A DNA stretch of 64,000 bases from Eledone cirrhosa (lineage: Eukaryota). The DNA is taken from the NCBI GenBank assembly GCA_964016885.1, contig OZ024753.1:33914001-33978000 (forward strand), in the 5' to 3' direction. Shown in pieces: positions 43,655-57,703 of the stretch. The position numbers and the translations under genes were made by a program. Positions within the stretch are counted from its first letter, which is position 1; each line of letters opens with the position of its first letter. Under the pieces are notes generated by a model. The model did no database searches. It saw only the letters and a program-made list of their open reading frames with translations, and had not been told where the DNA came from.

Positions 43655-44548
43655 TTGTAATATATAACATTTCAGAAATGTCACGTCAAACCTTCGACTT
43701 CGTCGTCAGTCACTGCATATATATCTCAGGTATGATCAGTTGTTCACTCTCTACAAGATAAAGATATATATAGAGAAAGAAACGACTTCAGTACTTAACT
43801 GGTACATTTTTAACAACCATGAATGGCTGAAAGGCAAAGTTGACCTCGGTGGGATCTGAACTCAGAGCGTAGAGAGTTGAAAAGAATTCTATCCGATGTC
43901 CTCTGCCAACTATGTTATTAAACAGTAGCTGCATGTTACTTTCTTTAACTTATAACTTAGTAAGTTCAATTATGTTCTTACTGGTCTCAATTTATAACTT
44001 ACCCATGTATATATAGATATAAAGTGAAAGAAAGATTTAATATATACATAAAATGTAAATATCTGCTGCTGTCCACTTTTCTAGGCAAACATACATACAT
44101 ATTAATGTCATACTACCTTATATATATATGGTTTGTTCGTGTCATTCATGGTAATATATATCCTGGGTTGACTTATTAATTTTGTCACTTTATGGAAGTT
44201 ATGCGTCATTTCAATATGAACGACAATAATAGCATCGTTATTATCAATTTCGGTCACACCTTCTGTCAAATGCTTTGGGATAATTTTAATAAAATGCCTT
44301 ATATAAATGTTTATATTGCAATTTAATAGCAAGTAATTTTAGTTTCAGTTAATTTTGCTCTGGTGTTCTTTTGCATATGAAAATCCATGAAAACTGCTGT
44401 AAGGTTTCTTCACAGGTGTTTGCATACATACATATACACATGCATATTTATAATGGAAAACGAAGAATCAGTGATGCATCGGAACACAATTTATTATTTA
44501 GAGTGCTCAACCGGCATACCGCCTATGGACGCATCCTCGCAACCATAC

Positions 44549-44629
<81 letters not shown>

Positions 44630-44914
44630 AGATATAGAGATACATACACACACGTGTTTGTATATATATATATATATATATAGGGAGATAGAGAGATACA
44701 TACACACACGTGTGTGTATATATATATGTGTGTGTGTGTGTATACGTTGAAAAATTAATATTGCCGAGACTTTACTCAAGTTATTTGCATCAGTTCATAT
44801 TGGCTTAATGAAAATTTCATTTACGAAATTATGTTCTGTTAATATTGAAAGTTTTCGTTAGCATAAATATGGTATAACGTAACACAATATTTGAGCAGGG
44901 TCTTCAGGTGAACT

Positions 44915-45085
44915 ACACGTAGGTTTCATCCAACGATCTTCCTAACTATTTCCGTCGATCCAATTTCATCCACAAAGAATTGGACAACACGAAGCTACGT
45001 TAAAAGCATTTGCCATTATTCCATACAGTGGAATTGAACGCGTAACTTCTTGATTGAGAAGTACCCTTCTGAAATAGTCAGATCT
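44915..45085 (-). mobile_element. Old CORE-type SINE remnant
   Basis: Minus strand GTTCAATTCCACTGTATGG...GGCAAATGCTTTT. Similar to 57105-57260 (+). Confidence 0.5.
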
Positions 45086-45131
45086 TCCTGATCTTCTGCT
45101 CCAGTAAAATATTTCATGAAATGTATATTAT

Positions 45132-45331
45132 CAGACCTGCTAACCTCTAAAACCCCATCCAAATGGGGAGTACCATGAAAAGCAGTGCCCCAAAACGGGG
45201 AGAAATGAGGTAAAATGGGGAGATTTTACATAATGAAAGCTATACTCATTTTCACCAAGAGAAAACATATCTCAGCCCCCTCAAAGTGGGTGGGAGATCT
45301 CCTCGTCTGACGGGGAGAGTTGACAGGTATG
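45132..45331 (+). mobile_element. MITE M1
   Basis: cagacctgctaac...gttgacaggtatg. Confidence 0.82.
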
Positions 45332-45481
45332 GTATATGTTATAACAGAGTCGGGGTGGATTATGATCACATGTGTAACCCAACAAAACATTACATAGAAT
45401 ATTTAGAACAGTTTTACATCTCGTACTTAACTCACGCATTTGAGAAATGTATGAATATCTGATAAACCAACATATATGGTA

Positions 45482-45516
<35 letters not shown>

Positions 45517-45517
45517 T

Positions 45518-45552
<35 letters not shown>

Positions 45553-45682
45553 CTCAGAGAGACACACAAACAGATAGATATATTTCTTTAATTGCCACAA
45601 GGGCGCACAAGAAAAGGGGACAATCCAAAGACACATGCCGGGGATTTTACATACAATCGTGTAAAAATATTATTAAATCAAA

Positions 45683-45860
45683 TGGCGGTGGATTGGCAGT
45701 ATCGGTAGAGGGTCGGACGCCATGCTTTGACGCATAGAGTTACGGCCCTTGCCATTCTGAGTTCAAATCCCGCCGAGGTTAACTTTGCTTTTCATCCTTA
45801 CGGGGTCGATAAAATAAAGTACCAGTAATACACTGAGTAATTTGCTGGCCTTGTGCCAAT
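45683..45860 (+). mobile_element. SINE family 1
   Basis: Well-preserved copy with A-box, B-box and core. Confidence 0.88.
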
Positions 45861-46943
45861 TATTAAATCAAACAAATTTAACATTCTAAATTCCCAATAG
45901 GGGGGTAGGCGTTACAAATGGGTTATTTAATACCCCGTCGATAGAACAACCCTCAACTTCAGGAGCGTGTTTTGCAAGTGCTCCTTTCTTCCTGTTGCTC
46001 TCTTCTTCAACCTACAGACAGATAGCTCGACAATCAGACAGACAGTCAGATAGATAGATAGATAGACAATCAGACAGACAGATCGATATATCTCAACTAC
46101 CTTTATATATTCATCTCGTTATTTTACATTCTGGTTTCTAATCCCACAAGACTAAGCCACGCCATTCTTCATTTTTTTAGTTTGATAAAATAAGAAATAT
46201 AATTGAGAATATTCAATTGGCTATACAATTTACCTATAAAAGATGAGATTTTACTTTATAAGAAATCAATATTTTCGTTCATAAAATGTATGTTCCTCGC
46301 CAGCCAATTCCAAACCTAGTTTTACTTCATGGAATTGCAGTCATTTCACAAAATTCGGATATTTAATAGTTTTGCCAAAAGATAATTAAAACCTCAAACT
46401 GAAACTCAAATAGCTTCATTTGATTGACGTATTGGTTTTAGTTTCGTGAAGGGAAGCGTTTTTATATTTTGCTGTTTCAGAACAAAAATATTAACAGTAA
46501 TATATGACTTGTAAAGTTTTATTTATTCTATTTTATTTTTATCTTTCTACTGAAATATGGCGATGATCGTAAAATTGCGATAGTTACAAGACGAAAGTAA
46601 CTATATTAAAAAGACTACCCAATAATCTCTAGCTTAATTTAATTAAAGTTAACTTACTTTGCCTACCAATAAGTATTTGTTATAAATCTGATATTTTTAT
46701 TGTCTTTAAAGGGAGTTCGGGTTTTATTTTATCGTTTTCTTGTATTACTGCTGTTTGATGTGAAAGCATTTGATGCTCGCCTGCATTTAGATATACGAAC
46801 CCTAAAAATATGGCTGCCAGTTAAGCTGATGGTTTGAACATTTAAAAATGGTTCATACCGAAATATTTCTTAAAATTCCTTCACACTGTAACATTCAGCA
46901 GTGAATTCTAAAAGAAAGTATTAATGAGTAAATAGTCTACAAC

Positions 46944-47111
46944 CAGACCTGCCAATTTCTAAAACCCCAAACGGAGAGTACCATGAAAATAAGGGCCCAA
47001 AAACGTGGAGATATGAGGGAAATTGGGGAAATTTTTCATAATGAAAGTATACCCATTTTCATAGAGTGGGTGGGAGATCTCCCCGTCGGATGGGGAGAGA
47101 TGATATGTCTG
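46944..47111 (+). mobile_element. MITE M1
   Basis: cagacctgccaat...gatgatatgtctg. ACAAC on both sides. Confidence 0.78.
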
Positions 47112-47137
47112 ACAACAGTCATTATAACATCACAACG

Positions 47138-47605
47138 AGGCTGTGGATCGACAGAATCGTTAGAGCGTCAAACGAAATACATTGCGGTATATCTCCGGAC
47201 TCTCTGTGTTATGAGATTAAATCCCACCACGGTCAAAATTGCTTTTCAATCCTTCTGATGCTCGATAAAGTTAAGTACCAGTGAAGTGCTCGGATCAATG
47301 TGATCGATTTTCCTCCCCCTCTACTCAATATAGCTAGCCGTATACCAACATTGGAAACTATTATAATACCACAATAATATGGCGGTGGATTGACAATATC
47401 AGTAGAGCGTCAGACACCATGCTTTGTGGCATAGTTTCGTCCTTTTACGTTCTTAGTTCAAACCCCGCCGAGATTAGTTTTGTCTTTCATCCTTCGAGTT
47501 AAATAAAATAAAGTACCAGTAATGCACGGAGGTCGATTTAATCGATTTCCCCTCCCCAAAACATTGTTGGCCCTGTACCTAAATTAGAAACTATTATAAT
47601 ACCAC
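47138..47605 (+). mobile_element. Two tandem SINE family 1 copies
   Basis: Copies at ~47138-47375 and ~47380-47605, both ending gaaactattataataccaca. Confidence 0.78.
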
Positions 47606-48026
47606 AGTAACACAGCCATGAATCTTCATGAATGTATAAATGTACTCAGTTATACTTAGTTTTATTTATGAACAATTTACTAAACATGTTCGTTTGTTTG
47701 TTTTATTACTAATGATCATTCATTTCTCAGCGAGATAAACTGAAGCAAATGGAATGAAATGACTTGCCGAAGGTTAAGGTAAATATTTTTATAGCACATA
47801 AGTAGATTTCAGTGTAGCTAAATCAGAAACAATCCCTCATTTATTCTTCCTTCGAAGTTGTCTTCTTCTGTCTATCTACTCGTTCGTGTATAAGATTAAA
47901 AACAAAACAATTCTTCTAGAAACAGGATTTTTTTCATACATTGCATCATGTTAATCAGTATACAAAGTGACAGACAGCTACACACACACACACACACACA
48001 CACATACACACACACACACACACACA

Positions 48027-48077
<51 letters not shown>

Positions 48078-48158
48078 AGAGGTGCGCTAACGGCCAAAGT
48101 TTATGATAAATTTATATTTATTTAAATACAGTGTGTAACCGAAAATGTACCAACGTGT

Positions 48159-48202
<44 letters not shown>

Positions 48203-48345
48203 CGTAGGCATTAAAACATGCCAGAAAATACGAATTTACTTGTAAATTGAAAGAAATTACTACGTCCATTACTAAAACCGAATGGGTATATATTAGAGTT
48301 CTGTATATATTTATAGGCGTTGGTGTAAGCACGGTTACACACATG

Positions 48346-48420
<75 letters not shown>

Positions 48421-49019
48421 CTGTCTATGTGCGTGTGTGTGTGTGTGACTGTCTATGTGCGTGTGTCTGTGTGTGAGTGTATACATCATGTATTTTAAGG
48501 TACAATGATGAATTATGTATTGATTCAGTATGCACTTATTGGACCTATTAGCCGTCAGTAAACTATATGCCAGAGAATACGTATACATATATATATATAT
48601 ATATATAGCGCACGAGGAAACTTTAAACAAACACACATAAGCTCATTTTACTGAATGCATTCTGTGCATATGATCTTGAGAAATATTTTGGTAGTATTGA
48701 ATCAGTTTGTATTGATTGATGCGAATAAATAATATTTACACATAAAGGCATATAGAAACGTAGCCACAGGAGAGATATATTGCAAATTCACTAAAACGCA
48801 CAATTTTCTTCTGGCTTCCAGAGATGTATACACAGCATTATACACTTACACAGAATTTTGCATTCGTACATAAAAAAGATATAAATTCAAACGAAATATT
48901 CTTTGAAACATCATTTATTTCACTCCCCATCTTATATAATTTTGTATAATTTTGTACAATTTCTATAACTATACATAACTCTCTGAATATAAATAATCTT
49001 CTTTTGAACTGAACATAAT

Positions 49020-50170
49020 ATTGATTTCAAATCTAGCACAAATGCAAAAAATTTGGAGAGAACGGCAAAATTGATTAAATCAACCCAGTACTTGATTCAG
49101 ATCTGTCAACTCTCCCCGTCGGACGGGGAGATCTCCCACCCACTTTCGGGTGGATAAGGGATATCTTCTCTTGTAAAGACGAGTGTAGTTTTCATTATGT
49201 AAAATCTCCCCATTTTTGCCTCATTTCTCCCCGTTTGGAGCACTGTTTTTCACGATACTTCCTGTTTGGGTTTTTAGAGGTTGCTAAGTCTGTTGAATTG
49301 TACTTTATTTTATCGATCCTGGAAAAATGAAAGGCAAAGTTAACTTTGGCAGGATCTGAACTGCCTTCTAGTTTAGGCGCCAGGCCAGTAAATTAGTGGG
49401 GAGGGAAAAAGTTGATTAAATCAACCCAGGACTTATATATTATCGATCCTGGAAACACGAAAAGCTAAGTTATACTTAGCGGGATTTTACCTGGATTCTA
49501 ATTTAGGCATAAGGCCAGTAAATTTGGTGAAAAAGTAAAATTAATTAAATCAGCCGTAGTGCTATACTGATATGTTATGACAGGCAAAGTTGCCCTCGGC
49601 AGGATTTGAAACTAGAACGTAGGGCACCGTAGAAATACTGCAATGTATTTCATCCCAACTCACTATTTTACGGTTCCATTACCCTACATTGACAGAAATA
49701 TTAATATCGCTATTACTAATACCTTGGAATAATTGTGTAGAATACCCACCTGAGGTGGAAAAGGTGACCAGCGACCTAAATCGATCAAATCAACCCCAGT
49801 GCTTTACTGGTACTTTATTTTATCGACCCCGTAAGGATGAAAGGCAAAGCTAACTTCGACGGGATTCGAAATCAGAACGTAAAGAGATGCAACTCTATGC
49901 CTTAAAGAATGACGTCCGACGCTCTACCCATACTGCTAATCCACCGCCCTTCGATTCTTGATAATAATGGATTAATAAAGTCATTAAAGCACTGCGATAA
50001 TTACTTACGGATTTTACATTGAGAGTTCAAATATCACCGAGGTCAACTTTACTTTTCATCTTTCCTGAATTGCTGAGATTAAATACTATAAAAATACCAG
50101 TGTCGACACGATCGACTATACGCCTCCCTCCACCAATTTCGAGGCTGTTATGTCTGCACTAGAAATCAAT
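49020..50170. mobile_element. Cluster of SINE family 1 copies and fragments
   Basis: Several minus-strand cores (best 49775-49950) and one plus-strand core (~50010-50165). Confidence 0.75.
49098..49292 (-). mobile_element. MITE M1 nested in a SINE
   Basis: cagatctgtcaac...gttgctaagtctg. Flanks TTGATT/TTGAAT interrupt the SINE core. Confidence 0.8.
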
Positions 50171-50712
50171 TCTGGTTTCATTACTCTAGAGAATATTTTA
50201 TTATTGTGAGATTCCTTGCTGTTCCCCATTAGAACCCTTCATTTTTTTTGTCCCCAGTGTCTCTCATATTTTTACATATTTTACGTAACATTGCCTTTTG
50301 ATATTTTAATTATACGCTGAGGAATTATTTTTTTTGTATGAGATCGATTCGTTCAATTAATTGGCATTTTTTGTCTCTTTTATATAAGTTATTCAATTAT
50401 TCTATATTTTACTTGTTGCAGTCATTCGACTAGTCATTCTGGGTATTCGACTAGTCATTCCCAGTATTTTTTGGTATTTGTTTTATATTTGTTTTAAATG
50501 CCTTCATGTTAACCCACATGTCAATGTTTGAGCTGTTTTATTTCTATTTCTTTGATACTGTATAATTTATTATAAATCTAAGTACATTCGCTAATATATA
50601 TAATATATATATATAGATTTATATATGGTCTTACATCTGTAGTTTGTATTTGTCTCTCTCGCTCATATATATATATACACACACAGAAACAGAAATACAA
50701 AACCTTATATAA

Positions 50713-50785
<73 letters not shown>

Positions 50786-50934
50786 TATACCCTTCAGTTA
50801 GTTGTATAAGGTACACATACATACAATATATATATATATATAACGAAGGAAATGTGGTAATGAACCAGGTGGACCATAACGCACCAAAGTACTCAATACT
50901 TAGGGTAGTAGAGTGGGTAATAGGAACGAGTAGG

Positions 50935-51030
50935 ACCCCGACGGCTGAGCTCAAGCCGTTTCGACGGCTAATTCTGGACTAAATGAACATTTTTATCCTG
51001 GTATATGAATAGCCGAGCTTCTCAGGGGGT
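50935..51030 (-). ncRNA. Family A hammerhead (left arm), core CUGAGAA
   Basis: Reverse complement of 51446-51541. Confidence 0.7.
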
Positions 51031-51445
51031 AATTCCATATATGGTAAAAGTGATTGTCACAAGGATTGGTCAAAAGTTTGTTGCTGAGACACATAATTCT
51101 ATCATGGCAATTTGTGGAGGGAAGGGCTAGCTGAACCTGCCAGTATTAATTGTTTTTTAACATTCTCGGTATTTTTCTATATATTTACCCCATATTGTTT
51201 TACTTATTGTTTCGACTTCCTCCCCCTCCCCCTCCCCTTCCCTAGTATACTTCTTTGACCTCCTGCCCAGCTGTAGTTGGCACTATCAACGCACGACTGG
51301 GTTTCCTCCACCCCCTCTCCCTCTTTCTTCTACTGGCAGGTTCAGCTACCCCTTCCCTCCACAAATTGCCATGAAAGAATTATGTGTCTCAACAACAAAC
51401 TTTTGACCAATCCTTGTGACAATCACTTTTACTATATATGGAATT

Positions 51446-51541
51446 ACCCCCTGAGAAGCTCGGCTATTCATATACCAGGATAAAAATGTTCATTTAGTCC
51501 AGAATTAGCCGTCGAAACGGCTTGAGCTCAGCCGTCGGGGT
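51446..51541 (+). ncRNA. Family A hammerhead (right arm), core CUGAGAA (C3-A8 mismatch)
   Basis: acccc-CTGAGAA-gctcggctattc...gaattagccgtc-GAAA-cggc ttgagctca gccg-TC-ggggt. Confidence 0.7.
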
Positions 51542-51569
51542 CCTACTCGTTCATATACATATATATAAC

Positions 51570-51600
<31 letters not shown>

Positions 51601-51624
51601 ACATATATATATATATACATATAC

Positions 51625-51675
<51 letters not shown>

Positions 51676-51914
51676 CATACCTATATATATATATATATAC
51701 ATACCTATATATATATATATATATATATACATACCTATATATATATACATACATATATATACATATATATATATATACATATATATATATACATACCTAT
51801 ATATACATACCTATATATATATATATATACATACCTATATATATATACATACATATATATATATACATACATATATATATATACATACAGATATATATAT
51901 ACATATATATATAT

Positions 51915-51949
<35 letters not shown>

Positions 51950-52043
51950 CATATATATACATATATATATATACATACATATATATATATATACATACAT
52001 ATATATATATATACATACATACATACATATATATATATACATA

Positions 52044-52116
<73 letters not shown>

Positions 52117-52434
52117 ACACACATCTATATATACATATATATATATACACACATCTGGTTTTCTGGAGTTAGTTACTATTGGTACAATATATAGAGTATA
52201 TAGTGTAGTTGTGTCATAAATAAGGGACATTTTTAGGTATTATTCTCTGATCAATGGAGCTCTTCCAAGTTTCATCTCCATTGATATCTGTTGCTATTAC
52301 AAAGAATGTTGTTTTGCCAGTAATTAATCTTTTTCTTTGACACCACTTCTGTTATTTCATATGTTTCTTTTGATAATCAAATTAAAATTGTAGTATAAAG
52401 TTTCACACCAAAATATGTGAAGACCGGCTGATAT

Positions 52435-52471
52435 TGGTGGTGGTGGTGGTGGTGGAGGTGGTAGTAGTAGC

Positions 52472-52538
<67 letters not shown>

Positions 52539-52601
52539 ATGGTGGTGGTAGTAGCAGTAGTAGTAGTAGTAATGGTAGTAGTAGTAGTAGTAGTAGTAGT
52601 C

Positions 52602-52664
<63 letters not shown>

Positions 52665-52727
52665 ATGGTGGTGGTAGTAGCAGTAGTAGTAGTAGTAATG
52701 GTAGTAGTAGTAGTAGTAGTAGTAGTC

Positions 52728-52772
<45 letters not shown>

Positions 52773-52848
52773 ATGGTGGTAGTAGTAGTGATGGTGGTGG
52801 TAGTAGCAGTAGTAGTAATGGTGGCGGTAGTAGTAGTAGTAGTAGTAA

Positions 52849-52916
<68 letters not shown>

Positions 52917-52973
52917 ATGGTGGTGGTAGTAGCAGTAGTAGTAATGGTGGTGGTGGTAGTAGTAGTAGTAATG

Positions 52974-53018
<45 letters not shown>

Positions 53019-53067
53019 ATGGTGGTAGTAGTAGTAGTGATGGTGGTGGTAGTAGCAGCAGTAGTAA

Positions 53068-53146
<79 letters not shown>

Positions 53147-53193
53147 GGTGGTAGTAGTAGTAGTGATGGTGGTGGTAGTAGCAGTAGTAGTAA

Positions 53194-53255
<62 letters not shown>

Positions 53256-53306
53256 ATGGTGGTGGTAGTAGCGGTAATAGTAATGGTGGTGGTGGTAGTA
53301 GTAGTG

Positions 53307-53375
<69 letters not shown>

Positions 53376-53464
53376 ATGGTAGTAGTAGTAGTATTAGTAG
53401 TAGTGATGGTGGTGGTAGTAGCAGTAGTAGTAGTGGTGGTAGTAGCAGTAGTAGTAGTAGTAGC

Positions 53465-53525
<61 letters not shown>

Positions 53526-53547
53526 ATGGTAGTAGTAGTAGTAGTAA

Positions 53548-53585
<38 letters not shown>

Positions 53586-53588
53586 ATG

Positions 53589-53639
<51 letters not shown>

Positions 53640-53714
53640 ATGGTGGTGGTAGTAGTAATAGTAGTAGTAGTAGTAGTGGTAGTGGTAGTAGTAGTAGTAG
53701 CAGTAGTAGTAGAG

Positions 53715-53752
<38 letters not shown>

Positions 53753-53836
53753 CGTGGTGGTAGAGGTGCTGGTAGTAGTGGTAATGACGGCGGTGGTCGT
53801 GATGGTAATGGCGGCGGTTGCAGTGGTGCTGGTGGT
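52435..53836. repeat. 1.4-kb (GTA)n/(GTG)n trinucleotide array
   Basis: Recurring module GTGATGGTGGTGGTAGTAGCAGTA between (GTA)n runs. Confidence 0.97.
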
Positions 53837-53929
53837 TCTATTGCCACATACTTGCTTTACTTTAATGTGGTTTATTATCTATATATGGCCTGACTTTCAA
53901 GCTAACCGAGATCACACATTCATAATAAT

Positions 53930-53971
<42 letters not shown>

Positions 53972-53978
53972 GCGTAAG

Positions 53979-54020
<42 letters not shown>

Positions 54021-54089
54021 GCATGTGTGTGTGTATATTGTAAATATGTACATACACATAACACACATATATATATATATGTGTGTGTT

Positions 54090-54287
54090 TAAGATGTAGC
54101 AGAGTCAGACATACAAAATAAATATAACTACACTCAGGTGCTATAAAATAACTTATAAAAATCGGATAAAGACCCCCTTAAAGACATTTTTCTGTCTCTA
54201 GGGGGTCTCTACATGATTTTATAAGCTATTTTATAGCAAGTGAATGTAATTGCAGTTATTTTATGCGTCTGACCCTACTATATCTTA
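54090..54287. repeat. Imperfect ~90-bp-arm inverted repeat
   Basis: taagatgtag..gtcagac..gctataaaata..agaccccct / agggggtct..tattttatagc..gtctgac..ctatatctta. Confidence 0.7.
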
Positions 54288-54550
54288 TAAATCTATTTTC
54301 TAAATCCATTTAGTAAATTCGAAAATTCGAGCTACACACATAATGTTTCTATATATGTATATATTTATTAACTCTTTTACTTGTTTCAGTCATCAAACTA
54401 CGGCCATTGTGGGGCACCATCTTGGTTTAAGTGATATTTATATTATATTTGAAGCACAATCTTCACAGATCGTTACTCCAGCTTTATTGTTGCTCAAAGT
54501 TCGGATGGTCATTGTAAAAGAAAATCTATAGTGGATATATATATATATAT

Positions 54551-54880
54551 ACATTAATCAGTATACACTGAGGATGAAAAACTCAGAGCTGTATGGGAGC
54601 ATCCCAAAAGTCAGCTCAAAAGTGACACAGAGGAGACTGAGGTTGGCTGGACATGCTCACCGACATCCGGAGTTGACATTGCACTCAGTGCTCCTTTGGG
54701 AGCCCCTACATGGACACACTAGAAGAGGAAGACCAAGGTTAACATATGTTGATGCCCTAAGGACAGACACTGGTCTGTTGGAGATGCAGGATATGGCAGC
54801 GATAATGAGGGACAGAGACCGCTGGAGAGAACACGTCCATGGATCTCGGGAATTTTACCCGCCTTAGATAGATAGATAGA
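54551..54880 (+). mobile_element. RTE-clade LINE 3' fragment with (TAGA)n tail
   Basis: ORF 54574-54867 reads RRLRLAGHAHRH...LLWEPLHGHTRRGRPRLTYVDALRTDTG...MRDRDRWR. Same family as 22179-22567. Confidence 0.88.
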
Positions 54881-55237
54881 TATATATATCTGAGATACCT
54901 CCATAATTCTCTTTGTGTCTGTTGGCGCTATCCATTACAACTGGAATTTAGTTAGAGAGATAACAAATAATCTATAGGAAGTGGATGTCTTGTCAAAGCA
55001 AAACTGAGAAAATATTAAAACAAACACTGAAGATCCTACGTTTAGATACCATTCATAAGAAGATTAAGAGCCCCCCCCCCAAAAAAAAAATATATATATA
55101 TGCATTGCCAAGTACACATACACATGTAGAGACAAGAATAGCACACACATACAATTATACATACAGACATACACGTAAAAGCATTGACACCCATATGAAA
55201 AGATATATATATATATATATGTGTGTGTGTATGTGTT

Positions 55238-55322
<85 letters not shown>

Positions 55323-55791
55323 AGATACACACACATAGAAAAAATATGGCCGTACATTTAGATACAAAAAAAAAACACTGACACATTCTAACGTATATAA
55401 GAAAATGCATACGTACACACAGAGAATCAGTCGTACAAAGACATGTTCATGTACAGAGATACTGATGGACAAATGTGTACGCATTTCGAGCGAGACATAT
55501 GCATACATTAAGATGTACACACAACAAGACAAACAGACAGACAGACAGACAAATGTGAATTTCGTCACACATCAAGGCGATATAGCACACCCACATACCA
55601 TCCATAAAATTTTACATACTAACGTCCATAGACCCACTGATGCATAAACGCACAAATGCACAAACATTATACACAGTTACACAAACACACGCACACCTGA
55701 ATGTACACACACACACATAAATACTCAATCTCAATATAAATCTATTAACAGTACATCCTACTGTACATCCTACAGTACATCCTACATTTTA

Positions 55792-55831
<40 letters not shown>

Positions 55832-56109
55832 TGTGTATGTATATATGATACATGTATATAATATATATATATATAATATATATATATAATACATATATAT
55901 ATATAATATATATATATAATATATGTATACATATATAATATATATATATGTGTGTGTATGTATATATAATACATATATATAATATATATGTATATATATA
56001 TATATATATAAAGGAACGATCGACTTTCGTCAAATCGGACCGAGGGAACAATGTTTCCGTTGGTCTTTCCAATTGCTAATACTATCTATCGGTCGCAAGT
56101 CCAGGTAGA

Positions 56110-56227
56110 AGGAGCAACGTGAAATAAAGTGTCTTGCTCAAGGACATAACGCATCGCCTGGTCCAGGAATCGAACTCACAACCTTACGATTGCGAATCCA
56201 ATTCTCTAACCACTCAGCCACACGCCT
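56110..56227 (-). mobile_element. SINE family 2, 5' part
   Basis: Minus strand A-box TGGCTGAGTGG, B-box GAGTTCGATTCC and CORE-like TCCTTGAGCAAGACACTT. Confidence 0.8.
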
Positions 56228-57617
56228 ATATATAATACATATATATATATAATACATATATATATATAATATATGTATATATATAATATATGTATACATA
56301 TATAATATATATATAATATATATATAATATACATATAATACATATATATGTATATATATATATGTGTGTGACTGTGTGTGTATGTATGTGTAAATATATA
56401 TATATATAAATTGACGCCAAGCCTTATTCGATCTCCTTCTCAGTTTCATGTTAGTATCAAGTTCCTAAATATATAATTTTAGACTGTCGTATCAGCCTCT
56501 GGGGAATCTTTAATAATTCCATTTACATTTTTTTAGTACGCCTGTGTCTGTCTGTGTGTTTGCATATGTCTGGCTGTGTTTGTCTACGTGTTTGTCTCCT
56601 TGTATATATTGTATATATTGTATATATTCTTTTTAAATTAAAGAGTTGCTTACAAAGTTATATCAAAAAATGTAATTAGTCCAGGCTACAATCTGTTTTG
56701 ACAACAGTCATGTGTAAATGATGAATATAACTTGTCCTAAACTGTTTCAGCAGACACTACGACTGTCTAAATCTATATTGTATAACTTGAATGTTTGTAA
56801 AGATTAGCACCAAAATACATTTAATCATTTTATAATTTAATAATTATCAGCCACAGTACTTGGTATTTACGTCAGCTAAACTTAAAATTTTCCAAATAAC
56901 GGGCAGTCAATAAAGTGTTAAATTACACTATTTAATAAATAACTCGCTTGGAACAAATTTAATGAAATCTAATCCCGGTTTCTTTAAATATGTTCCATAT
57001 AAAATCAATTCGCACTGGAATGTTTTCTGTCCTTACTATATTCAGAGATTCTTAATCAAATTTATAAAACAAAGAAATGTACGCAATGAATGTTGACGTT
57101 GCTTTATTGTATAATTAAGAAATTCGCTTTGCAATCATTAGGTCCCGGTTTCAGTCCCACAGTGTGGCACCATGAGCAAGTGTATTTTACTATAACCTAG
57201 AGTCAACGCAAACATTATGAGTGAAACTAGGAAAATGAAAACTGATTGAAAGTCCGTGGGATTGACTGTACCAGGGATACTAAGGCCCAGTCTGGACACT
57301 TACAGAGTCACCCCGAATTACGTTAATGGGACACATGTCAGCCACCTGCCAATTAACTGGAACACTATTTGTCGAATCCGAGTAAGGTTTCTTCCAATCA
57401 TTAAGAAAAGTCAGTGAGTTGATATTTTATATATATTAGAGGCAAATAATTTTATGATACATGTCTCTGGTCGCATTATTCATTATATCACTATTACTTA
57501 ACTTATTGTGTTCACTCTGAGGAGCAATTTCTTAATTGATTTATCATTGAGTGCTTCGTGACAGTCTCCGAAATTCAATCGGATACGAATTTGCAGCAAG
57601 TTCGTTTATACTCATTA

Positions 57618-57703
<86 letters not shown>

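Larger units (their letters stand above)
50842..51552. mobile_element. Family A fold-back: 222-bp arms, 185-bp spacer, HHR on both strands
   Basis: Arms 50924-51145 and 51331-51552. Extra tail at 50842-50923. (TA)n flanks. Confidence 0.9.

Noticed and set aside
52357-54092. Poly-Leu/Pro and poly-Val ORFs
   Set aside because: Translations of the (GTA/GTG)n array.
57513-57595. CTGAGGA...GAAA-ttc..gaa-TT
   Set aside because: Stems I and II are not convincingly paired.
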